Assembly: GCA_012295275.1 (NCBI GenBank)
Contig: CM022677.1
Span: 1 to 64,000 of the forward strand
Length of the DNA stretch: 64,000 nt
Direction: 5' to 3'
From: Chrysomallon squamiferum
Lineage: Eukaryota > Animalia > Mollusca
Under the pieces are notes generated by a model. It made no database searches. It had not been told where the DNA came from and worked only from the letters and a program-made list of their open reading frames with translations. Shown here one piece after another: positions 1 through 20,836 of the stretch. Position 1 is the stretch's first letter. Each line of letters begins with the position of its first letter. The position numbers were made by a program, and so were the translations under genes.

Positions 1-28
1 CACTGCTCGGTTACACAAGCTTAAAACA

Positions 29-295
29 ATGGCGGACGAATCACTTACACAATCTGCTGGTGAATTTCTCTCTGGATTATTTAAGAGATACCACTATATC
101 TTTGAAAAGCTGTCAGTAAGGATTCAGGTAGTTTAGTGAAGATTACATTGTTAACATGCTTTGGAATGATGACGGCACCAGTTTTACGTCAGTTAAATCG
201 GACGGGTCGTTGAAGAAAAGCGAAAAACCTCATGGGATCCACGTGTATATGAGCCCGACGGTGATATCTTGTGTTGATTGTTTTTGTCTGGCAGG
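29..295 (+). pseudogene. Degenerate first exon of a SWIM zinc-finger protein of the type found in YqaJ-associated DNA-transposon ORFs
   Basis: ATG at 29. From 108 the frame reads SCQ*GFR*FSEDYIVNMLW...SLKKSEKPHGIHVYMSPTVISCVDCFCLAG then a gtaag donor at 296. It matches the KGF.YF.E.YI...S.KK.E.PH...C.C.AG pattern. Two in-frame stops (117, 129) and a frameshift from the ATG frame. Confidence 0.5.
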
Positions 296-779
296 GTAAG
301 TAAGAACATAATTAATGATTTTATTTACATTTGGGAGTTCTCAAAAGTGGATGTAGACATATCAAAATAAATAGCTGGCAAGCTTTTACAACCAAAATGT
401 TTAAGTTTGATGATAAAAGTTGGATAAGAAGTATGGGCATTGGTTTACTGACTGTTACTGTTAGTGTTAGTCAACTATTCCATAAAGGATTATAAAACTT
501 CAAGTCTGAATTATTCATTGATTACATCTGGAATAATTTTAAAAAAAAGAAGAAAAAAAAGATGCCAGCAAGGTAGAATTGGTTTACTGTATTACTTGTA
601 AATATTTAATTGTTTAAATCAAGTAATATATTATAAGAGAGTGATGGAAATTTCTCTTCAGTTTCCCTTCCTTTTTTTATTTACTAATTGTCATATTTCA
701 TTTATTTATTTACATTTTTTCTTTATTATAATTTGCTTCTTCTTATTACTACTGCAACTTTTTTATTATTAATTTGTTA

Positions 780-816
<37 letters not shown>

Positions 817-1459
817 TTTCATATTCTTCTTCATATCATTACTCATGTTTATTTATTTTTCATGTTGTTCAGGCCAAATTTGATCACTGGCAGATATTTT
901 CACATAGTATATGGATAAAATGTTCCAAATTAATTTAAAGAACCATTTTATGAAAAATCAGTTGTGAGTGAAATATTTTATAATTTTTTTGATCTTTCAA
1001 GATTTATGTTCAAATTATTAAAGTTTTTATATGCATTGCTGTTTTGTTTTAATTATTTCTAGTTTCTTACTTTATATATACCTTAGAATTATTTCATCAA
1101 AAATAGAAAATTAAATTATCTGAAAATTGTCAATTAAGAGATTTGTGTTTCCTCTCATGACACTTTTTTCTATAGTACTGTTCAGCTAGTCATTAATGGA
1201 ATAAAATTAAAAATATATTATTGCATGACTCTTTGAAAACAAATTATCTCATTTCTTCATAACACATGTTTAAGACAAAATGAAAAATACAATGCTATAT
1301 TTATATGTTGTTAAATAACACACTAATTCCTTGTTTTTCTCATAACTTATTTAATCAATAATAGATGAAAATGTGTATAGTTAATTATTATTATTGTTGT
1401 TGAGTTATTGCTATTTTTACTATTATTATTACTATTATTACAACTAGTGCTACTGCTAT

Positions 1460-1491
<32 letters not shown>

Positions 1492-2808
1492 TTGTTGTTT
1501 TGGTTATTATTTTTTTTATTTTTTCATCATCATGATTATTATTATTATTATTATTGCTATTATGAAGATGATGATATGTCACTGTGTTGCAGGGTAATCT
1601 TTAATCAACAGTCTGGTGTCAAGTGATGTGTAGTCTGTTAGAATGTTTTCAGAAACCTCTCAGCAGAGGTAGCGGATGTAACTATGTTAGTTTATTAGTG
1701 TGTGTGAGAGAGATATATGTTGTGTGTATGTTTGTATGTATGTGTGTGAGAGAGATATATATATATTGTGTGTATGTTTGTATGTATGTGTGTGTGAGAG
1801 ATATATATTGTGTGTATATATGTATGTGTGAGAGATATATATATATATATATTGTGTGTATGTGTGTATGTTTGTATGTGTGAGAGAGAGAGATATTGTG
1901 TCTGTGTGTGTATCTCTGTCTTGGTCAATTTCATACATAAATAAAAATCACTGAAATATCAACAAATGATAAGAAGCAGAGAAAATGCATTTTTCAACAA
2001 ATGGAGATTGATAAAAATATCATGCTGTTAAATATTTTTTGTAGGTCACTGCAGTATTGTTCAGGTGCTGTCTAGAAAGTGAATTTACATCATGGAGAAG
2101 GATGAATCAGCTCTTACAGAAACCATTCTCGTGTAGTCTGCACCATTCTGAGTTGTGAGTTTGTTTTATTTTTTGGGTCTTAGAGAGTAAAATAAATTTT
2201 GTAACAATTCTTTATTCATTATAAAACAGCATAATAATAATCATTGATCTGTCATTGTTTTGTAAATTATTTTTATGATTATCATTATAAGGATTATTTA
2301 TAGCTGTTTATTTATTATCTGTGTTATTATTTTATTCATTGTCATTTTTTTTGTTTTTTCAGAATGCATATATTCCTCTAATTGATGTGCTGATGATGAC
2401 ATAAACCAGTGAAGTTGTTTCAGCAGAACATGCTGTCCAAGCCATCAGGTAAGCTGTAGTTTTTATTTATATTTACAATTATATTTATATTTATAATTTA
2501 TTGACATATTTTGTTTGTTTATTAAATACATAAATTAAATTTAAAAAAATAAGAAATTGAAAACCTCTTTTACTAAAATGAGATTATTTGGCTCTGTTAA
2601 AGTTTATTTGGAAAGTATCACTGTATGATCAATTGTATTTCAGTTCAGAGGTCAATGACAATCTGTATTTAAAAGTTTTGATCCTTCTACTTTGAATATT
2701 AAATGATTGATGAATTATGATGATGCATTTAAACATATGAATGTATGAGAGAGAGAGGGGGGGAAATGTACGGGTGCATATTTTTGTATAATTTCTAATA
2801 TAATGTAA

Positions 2809-3712
2809 TGAGACCTCAGTCTTTACATTCAGCATATTAGTGAGGTTTAGCATAGATGTAATCTGTTCATGTAACTGACTGCATACAGACTTACAGTATG
2901 AGACCTCAGTCTTTACATTCAGCATATTAGTGAGGTTTAGCATAGATGTAATCTGTTCATGTAACTGACTGCATACTGACTTACAGTATGAGACCTCAGT
3001 CTTTACATTCAGCATATTAGTGAGGTTTAGCATAGATGTAATCTGTTCATGTAACTGACTGCATACTGACTTACAGTATGAGACCTCAGTCTTTACATTC
3101 AGCATATTAGTGAGGTTTAGCATAGATGTAATCTGTTCATGTAACTGACTGCATACTGACTTACAGTATGAGACCTCAGTCTTTACATTCAGCATATTAG
3201 TGAGGTTTAGCATAGATGTAATCTGTTCATGTAACTGACTGCATACTGACTTACAGTATGAGACCTCAGTCTTTACATTCAGCATATTAGTGAGGTTTAG
3301 CATAGATGTAATCTGTTCATGTAACTGACTGCATACTGACTTACAGTATGAGACCTCAGTCTTTACATTCAGCATATTAGTGAGGTTTAGCATAGATGTA
3401 ATCTGTTCATGTAACTGACTGCATACTGACTTACAGTATGAGACCTCAGTCTTTACATTCAGCATATTAGTGAGGTTTAGCATAGATGTAATCTGTTCAT
3501 GTAACTGACTGCATACTGACTTACAGTATGAGACCTCAGTCTTTACATTCAGCATATTAGTGAGGTTTAGCATAGATGTAATCTGTTCATGTAACTGACT
3601 GCATACTGACTTACAGTATGAGACCTCAGTCTTTACATTCAGCATATTAGTGAGGTTTAGCATAGATGTAATCTGTTCACATATCTCATTGCATACAGAC
3701 TTACAGTATGAG
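2809..3712. repeat. 90-bp minisatellite, ~10 near-identical copies
   Basis: Unit tgagacctcagtctttacattcagcatattagtgaggtttagcatagatgtaatctgttcatgtaactgactgcatactgacttacagta recurs every 90 bp (2809, 2899 ... 3619). It produces the 372-aa minus-strand repeat ORF. Confidence 0.97.
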
Positions 3713-4854
3713 TCATGTCCATAACTCACTTTCAGTTTAGTTTCCATGTAAAGAACAAAGTTTCTATTGTGTCAGGTGAAGGAAGGGAAGTAACTGCAGC
3801 TCTAGAACTTATAAACACTTTATTTGGATATATAATATATGCACATTTGGTTAAAACGTGTTCAGTATTTATGTTGCCAAATATAATTAAAGAAAATCAT
3901 AAAAACAAGACTCACCCTTTATAATGTTTCAAAACATTGCTATACGTAAACACATACATATAGGCTTGTCCCATATGAAGAAAATCAGTTCCTGAAAGTT
4001 ACATCTGTGCTAAACCTTTCTATTGAACAAGTAATTTTAAAACTTTCAGACAAATTGTTATTTTTTACACCTCCAGTGAATTTCCAACAGACAACAAAAA
4101 AAATGAGGACACAGTTATTTTCTGGTTAAATAAAGATTGTACTGCTGCCATTGCAAAAGATAAAAAATCTGAGCAGGTGAATTTTTGTTTGTTTTCTTAC
4201 ATATTTCTAATTTTTCTAAACCTAATCAGCTAATGAAGTTTAATTTAATATATGAAGATGCAGTATGTAGATAATTTATCAGTAAGTACATGTATACATA
4301 TACACAAATTACATTAGTATCCTGTACCACAAGCTACACTTCACACTGTGTACATTTGACTCATGTGTTTGTCTGCACACACACACACACACACACTAAC
4401 ATTACATTCATACCAATGTGATTATTTTGTTGTAAATGTTATTTCTATATTTAAAGAAAAAGAAGAAAAAAAGGAAGCTGCATATTTCATCAGTATTTTA
4501 AAATGTTTAACTTTCCTGTTACCAGACTGGAACTGCCAGCCCTTCACACAGAGTCACTGTTCCTGTGATGACAGACATACTAAAAGATGTAGACACGGAT
4601 GTACAGTTCCTGTTGTCTGAAGTTTCTATTGTCTCCAGTCTCTCAGTTTTCATGGTTTGTTTTAGAACAGTTTTTGCAAATAAAATGATAAATGAGATGG
4701 TAATTCAAAAATTTTGTATATATTAAGTTGCTGAAAGTTAATATCTGATTAAGAGAGGCATTGTCTTGGGGACTTTTTTTTAAATTTCATAATCGACAAA
4801 TCCATATTTTAGTATTAGATCTGTCTTTTCTTTTGCTTTTGAATATGATCTAAA

Positions 4855-4933
<79 letters not shown>

Positions 4934-5087
4934 ATTATGAAATACTAATTGCTTTATTTATTATTTATTTTTCAGATACATGTTAGGAAGATGGGTTAGG
5001 ATTAGTTAATTCTTTATGTAATTTTCGCCTCATCAAAACATTCTGTGATCAGCATCTTACCATCAACTTTGTGTACTTCACCTACGA

Positions 5088-5562
5088 GGATCTCCTGTAA
5101 ACATGAGATAGCGTACAAGAAAATCTGTCAGCCTTTCTCACAGAGCTGATCTTCTGTAAACATGAGATAGCATACATGAAAATCTGTCAGCCTTTCTCAC
5201 AGAGCTGATCTTCTGTAAACATGAGATAGCTTACAAGAGAACCTGTCAGCCTTTCTCACAGAGCTGATCTTCTGTAAACACGAGATAGCATACAAGAAAA
5301 CCTGTCAGCCTTTCTCACAGAGCTGATCTTCTGTAAACATGTGATAGCTTACAAGAGAACCTGTCAGCATTTCTCACAGAACTGATCTGTAAACACAAGA
5401 TAGCGCACAAGAAAACCTGTCAGCCTTTCTCACAGAGCTGATCTTCTGTAAACATGAGATAGCATACAAGAAAACCTGTCAGCCTTTCTGACAGAGCTGA
5501 TCTGTAAACACAAGATAGCGCACAAGAAAACCTGTCAGCCTTTCTCACAGAGCTGATCTTCT
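5088..5562. repeat. 59/56-bp minisatellite, ~8 copies
   Basis: Unit gatcttctgtaaacatgagatagcatacaagaaaacctgtcagcctttctcacagagct, with two copies 3 bp shorter. Confidence 0.93.
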
Positions 5563-6154
5563 CGATTCAAATGATAAAACTGACAGAGACAGGACAGCTT
5601 CTGAATAGGCAGGAAGCAGAAAGTAAGTTTTGTGAGATTTTTTAGTTATGATTCAGAATTTTGTTTTTTTTATTCAGAATTTACATTTATATTTTGGTAA
5701 ACCACTTTAGACTATTTTTTAAAATATTTATTTTTAATTATTCATTAATTCAGTGTGTATGTTTATCAGTTTCTCTGTATGCATGTATGCAGAATTGAAG
5801 TCTAAGAGCTGAAATATATTTTTGTTTACAAACATTCATTTGCATCAGTAAATGGTATTGATATGCATATGTAACAGTAAATAATGTTTAAATAAAAACA
5901 GTAAAGAAATAAATTGTTTGTTTTTACTTTTTCAGACTCATAGCACAAAACAGACAAGTGTTGTTATCTAAACTTCAGGATGGGACACACACAGACAGCA
6001 GAACAGACAGAGAAGTTTCTAAACAAAGTGGTATGTAAAACACACATTAATTCAGTTGTTTAACTATCAATTTACATTCTTCTCAGTTTTTGTGTTGCGT
6101 GTATTCTCAATACAGAGTAAGAAAAGCAGATTAGTACAAGGAAAGTACAATAAA

Positions 6155-6462
6155 AAGTAAAGTAATTGTAGTATACAAATACACTGATAACTTAGAATAC
6201 AATAATAAGTGAAGTAATTGTAGTATACAAATATACTGATAACTTAGAATACAATAATAAGTAAAGTAATTGTAGTGTACAAATATACTGATAACTTAGA
6301 ATACAATACTAAGTGAAGTAATTGTAGTGTACAAATGCACTGATAACTTAGAATACAATACTAAGTAAAGTAATTGTAGTATACAAATAGACTGATAACT
6401 TAGAATACAATAATAAGTAAAGTAATTGTAGTGTACAAATATACTGATAACTTAGAATACAA
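6155..6462. repeat. 52-bp minisatellite, ~6 copies
   Basis: Unit aagtaaagtaattgtagtatacaaatacactgataacttagaatacaataat. Confidence 0.93.
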
Positions 6463-9400
6463 TGTTATTTCCATTCTTCCATCAGCATTGTTTCAGTCTT
6501 GTGTCTGGTGTCTACAATCATTAAATTTTCTTTATCTTATGATTTGTTTCTTCTTCTTATATTTTTGTTATTATTTTGTTTATTTATTTGTTATTCCTTT
6601 ACTTCTACATTTATTTTCTATCATAACATTATTAATCCATACAAAAAGCTCAAACAGACTGAGTAGGTCAGCATTTTACACTAACTTACTCAGTCTGTGA
6701 GGTTTACTTTTACATTTCTCCTATTTTCTGATTATATAGATAAATTAAAATAAAAAATGAAACAAAATGTGTTCATTTTAATCATCATCCTTATTATCGT
6801 CATCTAGATTTATAATATCAGTTATTATTACAGGGCTGTAATATTGTAAACTATCTTTTCAGTTAAATTTTATTTTAATCTTTATTTGTAGGTTTTGTTT
6901 TGGTTAAATTAGCTTGCTCACTTGGTTATTAATTTTCTTGTTTTTAAAATATCTGCTAATTATTATTGTCTAAACTAAATTAAGCCATTCCTTAATTAAA
7001 TGGAGCAGAAATATTGAAATCTGTTTTTCTTAGATTTTTAAGCTTTAGCAGGAATTATTCTTTCATTATATTTGATTTTCTTATTATTCTTTGTTTTTGA
7101 AACCCATACTTAGTTTCTATAAATGAATGTTTTTTTTGTTTTTTTTTCTTGTTTTTTTCAGGATTATTCCCACTCTTGTTAATCTACAGAATGTTATTAT
7201 TATTTGTTATTGTTTATTTTTATTTTATTCAAATTACAACATACATTTTTATGTTTTTATAAGAGAATTAGCTTTCCGATCTTGTCTAATTGATAGATAA
7301 TTGTTATTCACTGTTAGAAAGCTTTATAAATATCTGAGAGAGGGAAGTTGGAGAGTTAAATATATCAAGTAGGTGTGAGTGTGTACAATTTTATTCATTA
7401 ATAATGATAATAGTTTAATTTTGTTGCTATTACTGCACAAACACATCAGCTTTAGTTCCTTTTGAACTTTGTATGTAATTATATTTATTTATTTGTTTTT
7501 CTTTTTATACATTACTCCTATGCTAGTACAATTTTATTTATCTATTTATTAATTTATGGTATACTGTGACCAACTGAAATGTAGGTTTTTTTAACAAGAT
7601 TTAAATATTTCTGCATGTCAGTGAAAAAAAGGGTATAGCCTATAACAAGACGTTAATCAATATATTTTAGGGAGTGATTCAATAGTGACAATAAAAAATG
7701 TATCAATATATAATTTCTTATACGTTAGTTTCATATTCTTTTTTTTTTTTTTTTTTTATAATTTACTAATTATCTCACCTCTTAAGATTAAAATAGTTCA
7801 CTGAAAAAAACTGTAAGAATGTTTCTGTGATAAGGAATGATTTAATACTAATGAAATACTGTTTTATTTATTAATTACCATGTAATAAATAAATTAATAT
7901 TATTTTTTTTTTACAGATATAATTCTGGGGCTAAAAGTTTCACTGAAGTGACATCAACCAAACATTTATCTGTGTCCATTGATGCTGTTGTTATTCATAA
8001 TTCTCTCTAGAAGACTGGGAAACCACAGCAACATCAAAGAAAGTGTGTTAGGAAGATGTAGATCTCACAACACACATCACCATCATCCTTACATCATCAG
8101 CAGCTGCAGCAGTTGACTCTTTACATTGTTGTCTTGGTTACAATTCTAAATTACATGTTTTATCAATATATATATATATATTTTAACTATTATATTAATT
8201 TTTTTGAATTGTTTTTTGATAATATTCTATTTCTTTTCTTACTTTATTACCGTTACCATGAAAATATTAAGATTAATAAAAAAATATATATATGTTATTT
8301 TCAACAAAAAAAAAAATAGAAAGAAATTCATAGGTAAATCATTCATATAATTGATTTATTATTATTATTATTTCGTTTTTTGTTGTTCATGAAAATAGAC
8401 ATTGCTTTTAAATTTGTTTGTTACTATTTTTAAATTTTGGTAAATTTAACTGAATATTTATATATATATATTATGATATTTAAACTTGTAATATCTGTTT
8501 TCACACATCGTTTTGTTGTTAATGTTCTTCATTTCTTTTGAACTAAATTGACCTGTTACCATGAAAAGGTTAAGAGAAAAAAACAAAATATACTGTCATG
8601 TTTTTAAAAAAGTGTGTCCAGTAAAACATATAATCATTTTTTATTTCATTTTTATTTTTTGAAGTTGAGAAAATTAACATTGCAGTAAATTTGTTTTTTA
8701 TTATTTTAAATTTTTATTAAATAATTATGAATATTTTATTATTATTATTATTATAAATTATTATTATTTATTATTTGATAATTGTTTCCATGTTGTTAAT
8801 GTTCTTTAATTGAAATAAATGTGACCTGTTTATTATTATTATTATTATGTGGGTAACAAAGAATAGATAGTCTAAATATGGATCTTGAGTTCTAAAACTG
8901 AATTATAAAAAATCAACATTGAAAAATCTGAAATTATTTGAAATAATAATTTACTTTTAATCACCATATTTCTTCTGTGTTAATTTCCTGAATATCTGAA
9001 AATTTGGCTTTTATGATGTACATGAAGACATTCATATCCTGTTACTTTTTTTGTCATTTCTCATACATTATTCTTGTATTTTTCACTGTTAAAAAACTAT
9101 TAAATTTTGCTATAGTTCAGGTTTAATCTGACTTTTTGAAAGATACTTTAACTGAAAAATGCTCATTTTAAATGTGCTAACTGAAACATGATAATTTTTA
9201 TATTCTGAATGGGACATGATATTTTACAAATGCCAGTTTCAATTTTATAGTATAAATAAGGCTGTGGGAAAATGTTACTTTAAAGATGTCATTTAAAACA
9301 AGCTAATTAAATACACTAATTTAAAAATAGTTTGATTCATTTAAATTATTATATATCTGTAATCTAGAAATGATGAGCTTAAAATAATCAATCATTTTCA

Positions 9401-10962
9401 GAACATTCGGATCTTTCAGTCACAGGATGTGAAATAAAATCAGTGATGAACACAAGATATTTCAAGTCACTGTGTGTCAGCTGCAGGTTTTGTCAGATGG
9501 TCTCATACAAAGAAAAATATAGATCATGGTTAATTAGGCTGCATCAAAGATTGTCTTTCTCTCTTTTTTTCTTTTTTAGTGGGATTCAAAACTGATTTAA
9601 TCCTATGGGTTACTATATAGTACTTCTTAATTATAAATTATTTATTTATTTAAATAAAAATAAATGTGTTTTATAACTATGGAATTTTCCAGTTGTCTTT
9701 CATGTTGAATTTATGTTCTATAGTGCTAAATGTTAAAGAAAATAAAATTTCAAAGTAAAACTTGTCTAAAACTAAAGTGTATGGCAGTACAACTCGAGTT
9801 TCATTTCATTTCACTGTTAGCATCCGTAATGGATGCACAATGAATATTCATATCTGTACACATTATATATAAAACACATTAATTTTTAAAAAGTATTTTA
9901 GTTATCAAGTTAGAAACTAAACCATACAGAAATATCTAAAACATATCATTTTGAATCATTTTAGATTGATAATAATATTAAGTACATTAATCTAAAAAAC
10001 AATGTTATATATTATATAGGTGGAGAAATATTAGATTTGCTGATTCAACAAACATGTTATATGCAGTTATAAGTACATACAAAAATAACAACAACAACAA
10101 CAAAATAATGAAAATAAATAAATAAATAAAAAGACAAACAACAGCAAATATAATCCTCTCCTTTAGATCAGCTGAGAATAATTTAAGTGTGTTTTACACT
10201 GAACGAGTTGCATGAAGGAAATGTTTCTTGTAGGAACCCTGCACTCTCCATGTTTACAGTTTTATGGTGTTGAACACACAGTTAAGTAGAGAAGTGTACA
10301 CAGATTCAGTGTTAACAGATTCAGTCTTTTAAATAAAGACTGATAAAAGTATATTAGTTTTGTTAACAAAATTGAATGTACGTGCATATATACCTGTATA
10401 TATGTGTGCATGAATCTTTGGAAATATGAAACTATGATCATAATTACGTCTGGTTAAAATCTATTCGAAAACGCACTGGCACAATAGAAGAAAATCCAGT
10501 CAACACTTCTCAAAATGTCAGATTCCGCTGACGAAACTCGAAAGTATGGCGCCAGTTCTCATGTTTTGATTGCATCGTTCAGTACAGACGTGAAGAAAAT
10601 GACGTATATGAGGACGTGTGACCAGCCCAGTGCTGTTGTGATTACACACTGATTTTTTAAAATGCTTATCTCTTGTCCTTTCTTCTGATTTTCTCCTGAT
10701 TTTTCTCCTTCTTATCTCTCGTCCTTTCTGCTTTTTATCTCCTGGTTTCCACTTAGCCCTGTTTTTCCCTGTTTATTGTTAGTTATCTCCCCACTACATT
10801 ATTTTCTTTATAGCCTGCCCTTTCAACTGCTTATCTCCTATTCATTCTGCTGGTAAGTGGAATTACTAATAATACTAAAACTAATTGTAGTAATATCAGT
10901 TGTCGCTGGTGTTGTACTAATACTAGTATTAGTGTCTGTGGTAGAGGCAGCAACTGTAATAG

Positions 10963-11024
<62 letters not shown>

Positions 11025-11198
11025 TCTATGAGGTGGAATTCTTGGATATTATATCAAAGCGCAGCGTGTATTAGTGGAATTGAGAAATATACAAACGCGC
11101 CTGAGTCAACCCAAAGCCAAAACACAATGGAAAACAGTGTCATGGCAACGATATCAGAATTGAAACTAAAACATTCAACATGCGAGCTACGTGTCCTA
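11025..11198 (+). pseudogene. Frameshifted thrombospondin type-1 (TSP1) repeat exon
   Basis: Reads WNSWILYQSAACISG... then, after a frameshift, NPKPKHNGKQCHGNDIRIETKTFNMRATCP. This fits the TSP1 WxxW / NPxPxxGGxxCxG / CP pattern. Confidence 0.55.
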
Positions 11199-11453
11199 TT
11201 GTTGTTGTTGTTGTAGTTGCTGTTGCTTTTCATTTGATGATGATCATCGTCACTGTCATTATCATGCAGACTTTGAGATACACAGCCAAGATTTGAAACC
11301 TGTTTAGAAACCAAAATGTATTTGGCGATGAAAATATGAATAAACCTCTACATAAATAAATCAATAAATAGAAGCAAATAAACAAACAGTTCGAATATAA
11401 TGTATAAAATAAAATTGTGAAAACATTTTTTTTTTTTTTTAACTACTTTCCAG

Positions 11454-11608
11454 TTGATGGTGGGTGGTCCTGGATGAAAAGTAAACAAAGTGTTTGTAGT
11501 ATATCATGTGGTGGGTATGGGTGGATACAGTTGTGGCAGTCTCGAGATTGCACTAACCCGTCTCCAGTGTTTGGTGGAATTCTCTATCAGGCCAGACCCA
11601 GGAGAACT

Positions 11609-11640
<32 letters not shown>

Positions 11641-11669
11641 AAATAAAAATATATTAAAAGACTGTCCAA
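11454..11669 (+). pseudogene. TSP1 repeat exon, 3' end disrupted by an (AAAT)n tract
   Basis: ttccag acceptor, then (V)DGGWSWMKSKQSVCSISCGGYGWIQLWQSRDCTNPSPVFGGIL, a clear TSP1 signature. It runs into (taaa)n and a stop. A DCP|gt remnant follows at ~11660-11671. Confidence 0.75.
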
Positions 11670-11691
11670 GTACTAATATTGTTATCAGTCA

Positions 11692-11816
<125 letters not shown>

Positions 11817-12295
11817 GTTGTGTTATTGTTTCGCAGAATATTATGTAGAAAATCCACCTAAATGAGTTACGAAGTAACTATTTACTTTAGAGAAACCAAT
11901 GATAATTATATATGTCCACCGAAATATATCACAAATTTACTTGCATTTTTCTTTCAAAGTTCATGGAGAATCAGTAATTGATTTTGGTCATTTGACAACT
12001 TTAGGCAGATGGACGAATTAACAGAGTGACGCAAAGACAAAATGTTGGAATAAAGAAAAAAACAAATAATAGTGTTTTTATTTTCATGTTATTTTTGCAA
12101 ACCAAGTTAATAAGAGACTACTTGAAACAATAAATTAATAATGAACAAATAAATGAACGAATAAATAAATCACTAATTAATAAATAAATGTGTAATAAAT
12201 AATAACTATAAATTAATAACAACAAATGAATATATACTTAAGTAAATTTTGAATAAATAGTTGTTTGTACAATGTAGTAATATTAATATACTTAC

Positions 12296-12592
12296 AGTTA
12301 ACAAAAAGAGATACGCTTGTTGACAGAAGATATTTGTTTGTGACGTGTTTAGCTGTACACTGTCATATTTTATTGTGGTGAGTTCTTAACATTTGAAAAG
12401 TGACGTATCTAGTCTTCACGTCTCCAATGGTAACAAGATTCGTTTTCGTGTTAATTCCGTCAGAAACAAATATGACGTCAGATACGAGTGGCTTTCCTCC
12501 TGTGACTTGACACGACATTTTTAAAACGTCTCCTTCTCGAATTGGGACGCCCGAGTCGTAACCTTTTATTACTGGTTTCTCTTGAGGTACAT
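12296..12592 (-). pseudogene. Disabled C2-type Ig-like exon (arm A copy)
   Basis: aag acceptor, phase 1-1, 297 nt: VPQEKPVIKGYDSGVPIREGDVLKMSCQVTGGKPLVSDVIFVSDG...RTHHNKI*QCTAKHVTNKYLLSTSVSLFVN|gtaagt. TGA at 12363-12365 stands where arm B has TGT (Cys). Confidence 0.75.
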
Positions 12593-12600
12593 CTTATATT

Positions 12601-12657
<57 letters not shown>

Positions 12658-12855
12658 CAGAATAATAATAATAAGAAGAACAACAACAACAACAAGAAAA
12701 AGGAAGAAAAAGAAAGGATCGACAAAAGCTTCTACTTTCTTTTTTTTCTTCATATAAATCAAGGTGCATGATATATTTAAAGTTAAATATTTCTTTGTAA
12801 GTAGAGACTTTAACTTTAGAACAAGTGTGTTTCTGATGAATTTAAACTCCATCTT

Positions 12856-12936
<81 letters not shown>

Positions 12937-13390
12937 GATTATATTTATCGAAAAATTAAAACAAAGAAAAATTTCAATTACTTGTGGTGTTAAAAAGAAA
13001 TCTTCACTCAAACCTCTGTGTTTCTGTGTCGTAGCTCCTGAAATTTAACTAGTTTTATTCCCTGAAATTGTTTCATCTGTTCCTGTATCACTGTGATTAA
13101 ATTTCTTTATGCTCCTGATAATATACAATCTGTGTAACCTGTAATAAATATAACACTCAATATGTGTAACATATTAAATGTAACATGTAATAAATATAAG
13201 TTCTTTTTTGAATTGATAGTGTTAAGTAATAAGTAGACAAGTGTTTTGACAGTCAAGAAGCAAACACTAATCACTGTCATTAGTTAACATATGATACTAA
13301 AAGTACAAGTTAAACTTGGTTAGGTAATTGCATTTTATGGTTCTGCTGTGATAACATTTTCAAGCAATGTGAATGAATGTTATAATTGTG

Positions 13391-13438
<48 letters not shown>

Positions 13439-13875
13439 TATTATTCACTGCTATCAAAAGACGAAAAATAAATAAAACAAGACCTAAGATAACATTAAGC
13501 TGACAAATTATCTGAAAGTGTGAAATAATGGAATAATGTTGTAATCCAAACACTAAAACTGTTTAATTAACTATTCACTGTCCTTCTTCTTACTGTTACT
13601 TCAAATAATAACACTTGTCAAGATAATTGCCAGGTCGCTACTTAAACACTCTCAGTTCAAAGACAAATTTGTTTGTTATATGTTACCAAGAGAATGGGAA
13701 AACTTAATTACAATGATACAGAAAAAGATAAAACAGTTTCAGGTATCATATATAATTCTTAAGTGAATCGGACATTACACATAAAACTGAAAATTTCATG
13801 GATTATACATATTCTTTGTATCAAACACACACATTGTCTGAGCATATATGCATGCTTCTATGTATTTTTGTGTCT

Positions 13876-13964
<89 letters not shown>

Positions 13965-13978
13965 CGCGAGAGAGAGAA

Positions 13979-14016
<38 letters not shown>

Positions 14017-14102
14017 TGTGTTCCGGAAGGTAGGACATTAAAACTATTTCTGTGGTTTACAGACTTTTATTTTATTTCATTTGATTTGTTTTCATTCATT
14101 TA

Positions 14103-14163
<61 letters not shown>

Positions 14164-14305
14164 TAATAATAATAATGCTAAATTTAAATGCCCTGTTTCT
14201 GTGGGATTTTCAATAAACATTGATTTTAATTTATTTTCTAAAACATTCTATTATTCATTCTATTATTTCATTTATTAAGGCAGTTATTATTCCGTATTAT
14301 TCTAG

Positions 14306-20836
<6,531 letters not shown>

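Noticed and set aside
6654-6698. 12-bp perfect hairpin (acagactgagta / tactcagtctgt)
   Set aside because: Isolated, too short for a pre-miRNA, and no element context.
13560-13640. Hydrophobic stretch LINYSLSFFLLLLQIITLV as the receptor signal peptide
   Set aside because: No in-frame ATG after the upstream stop and no phase-compatible donor. The signal exon is left unassigned.
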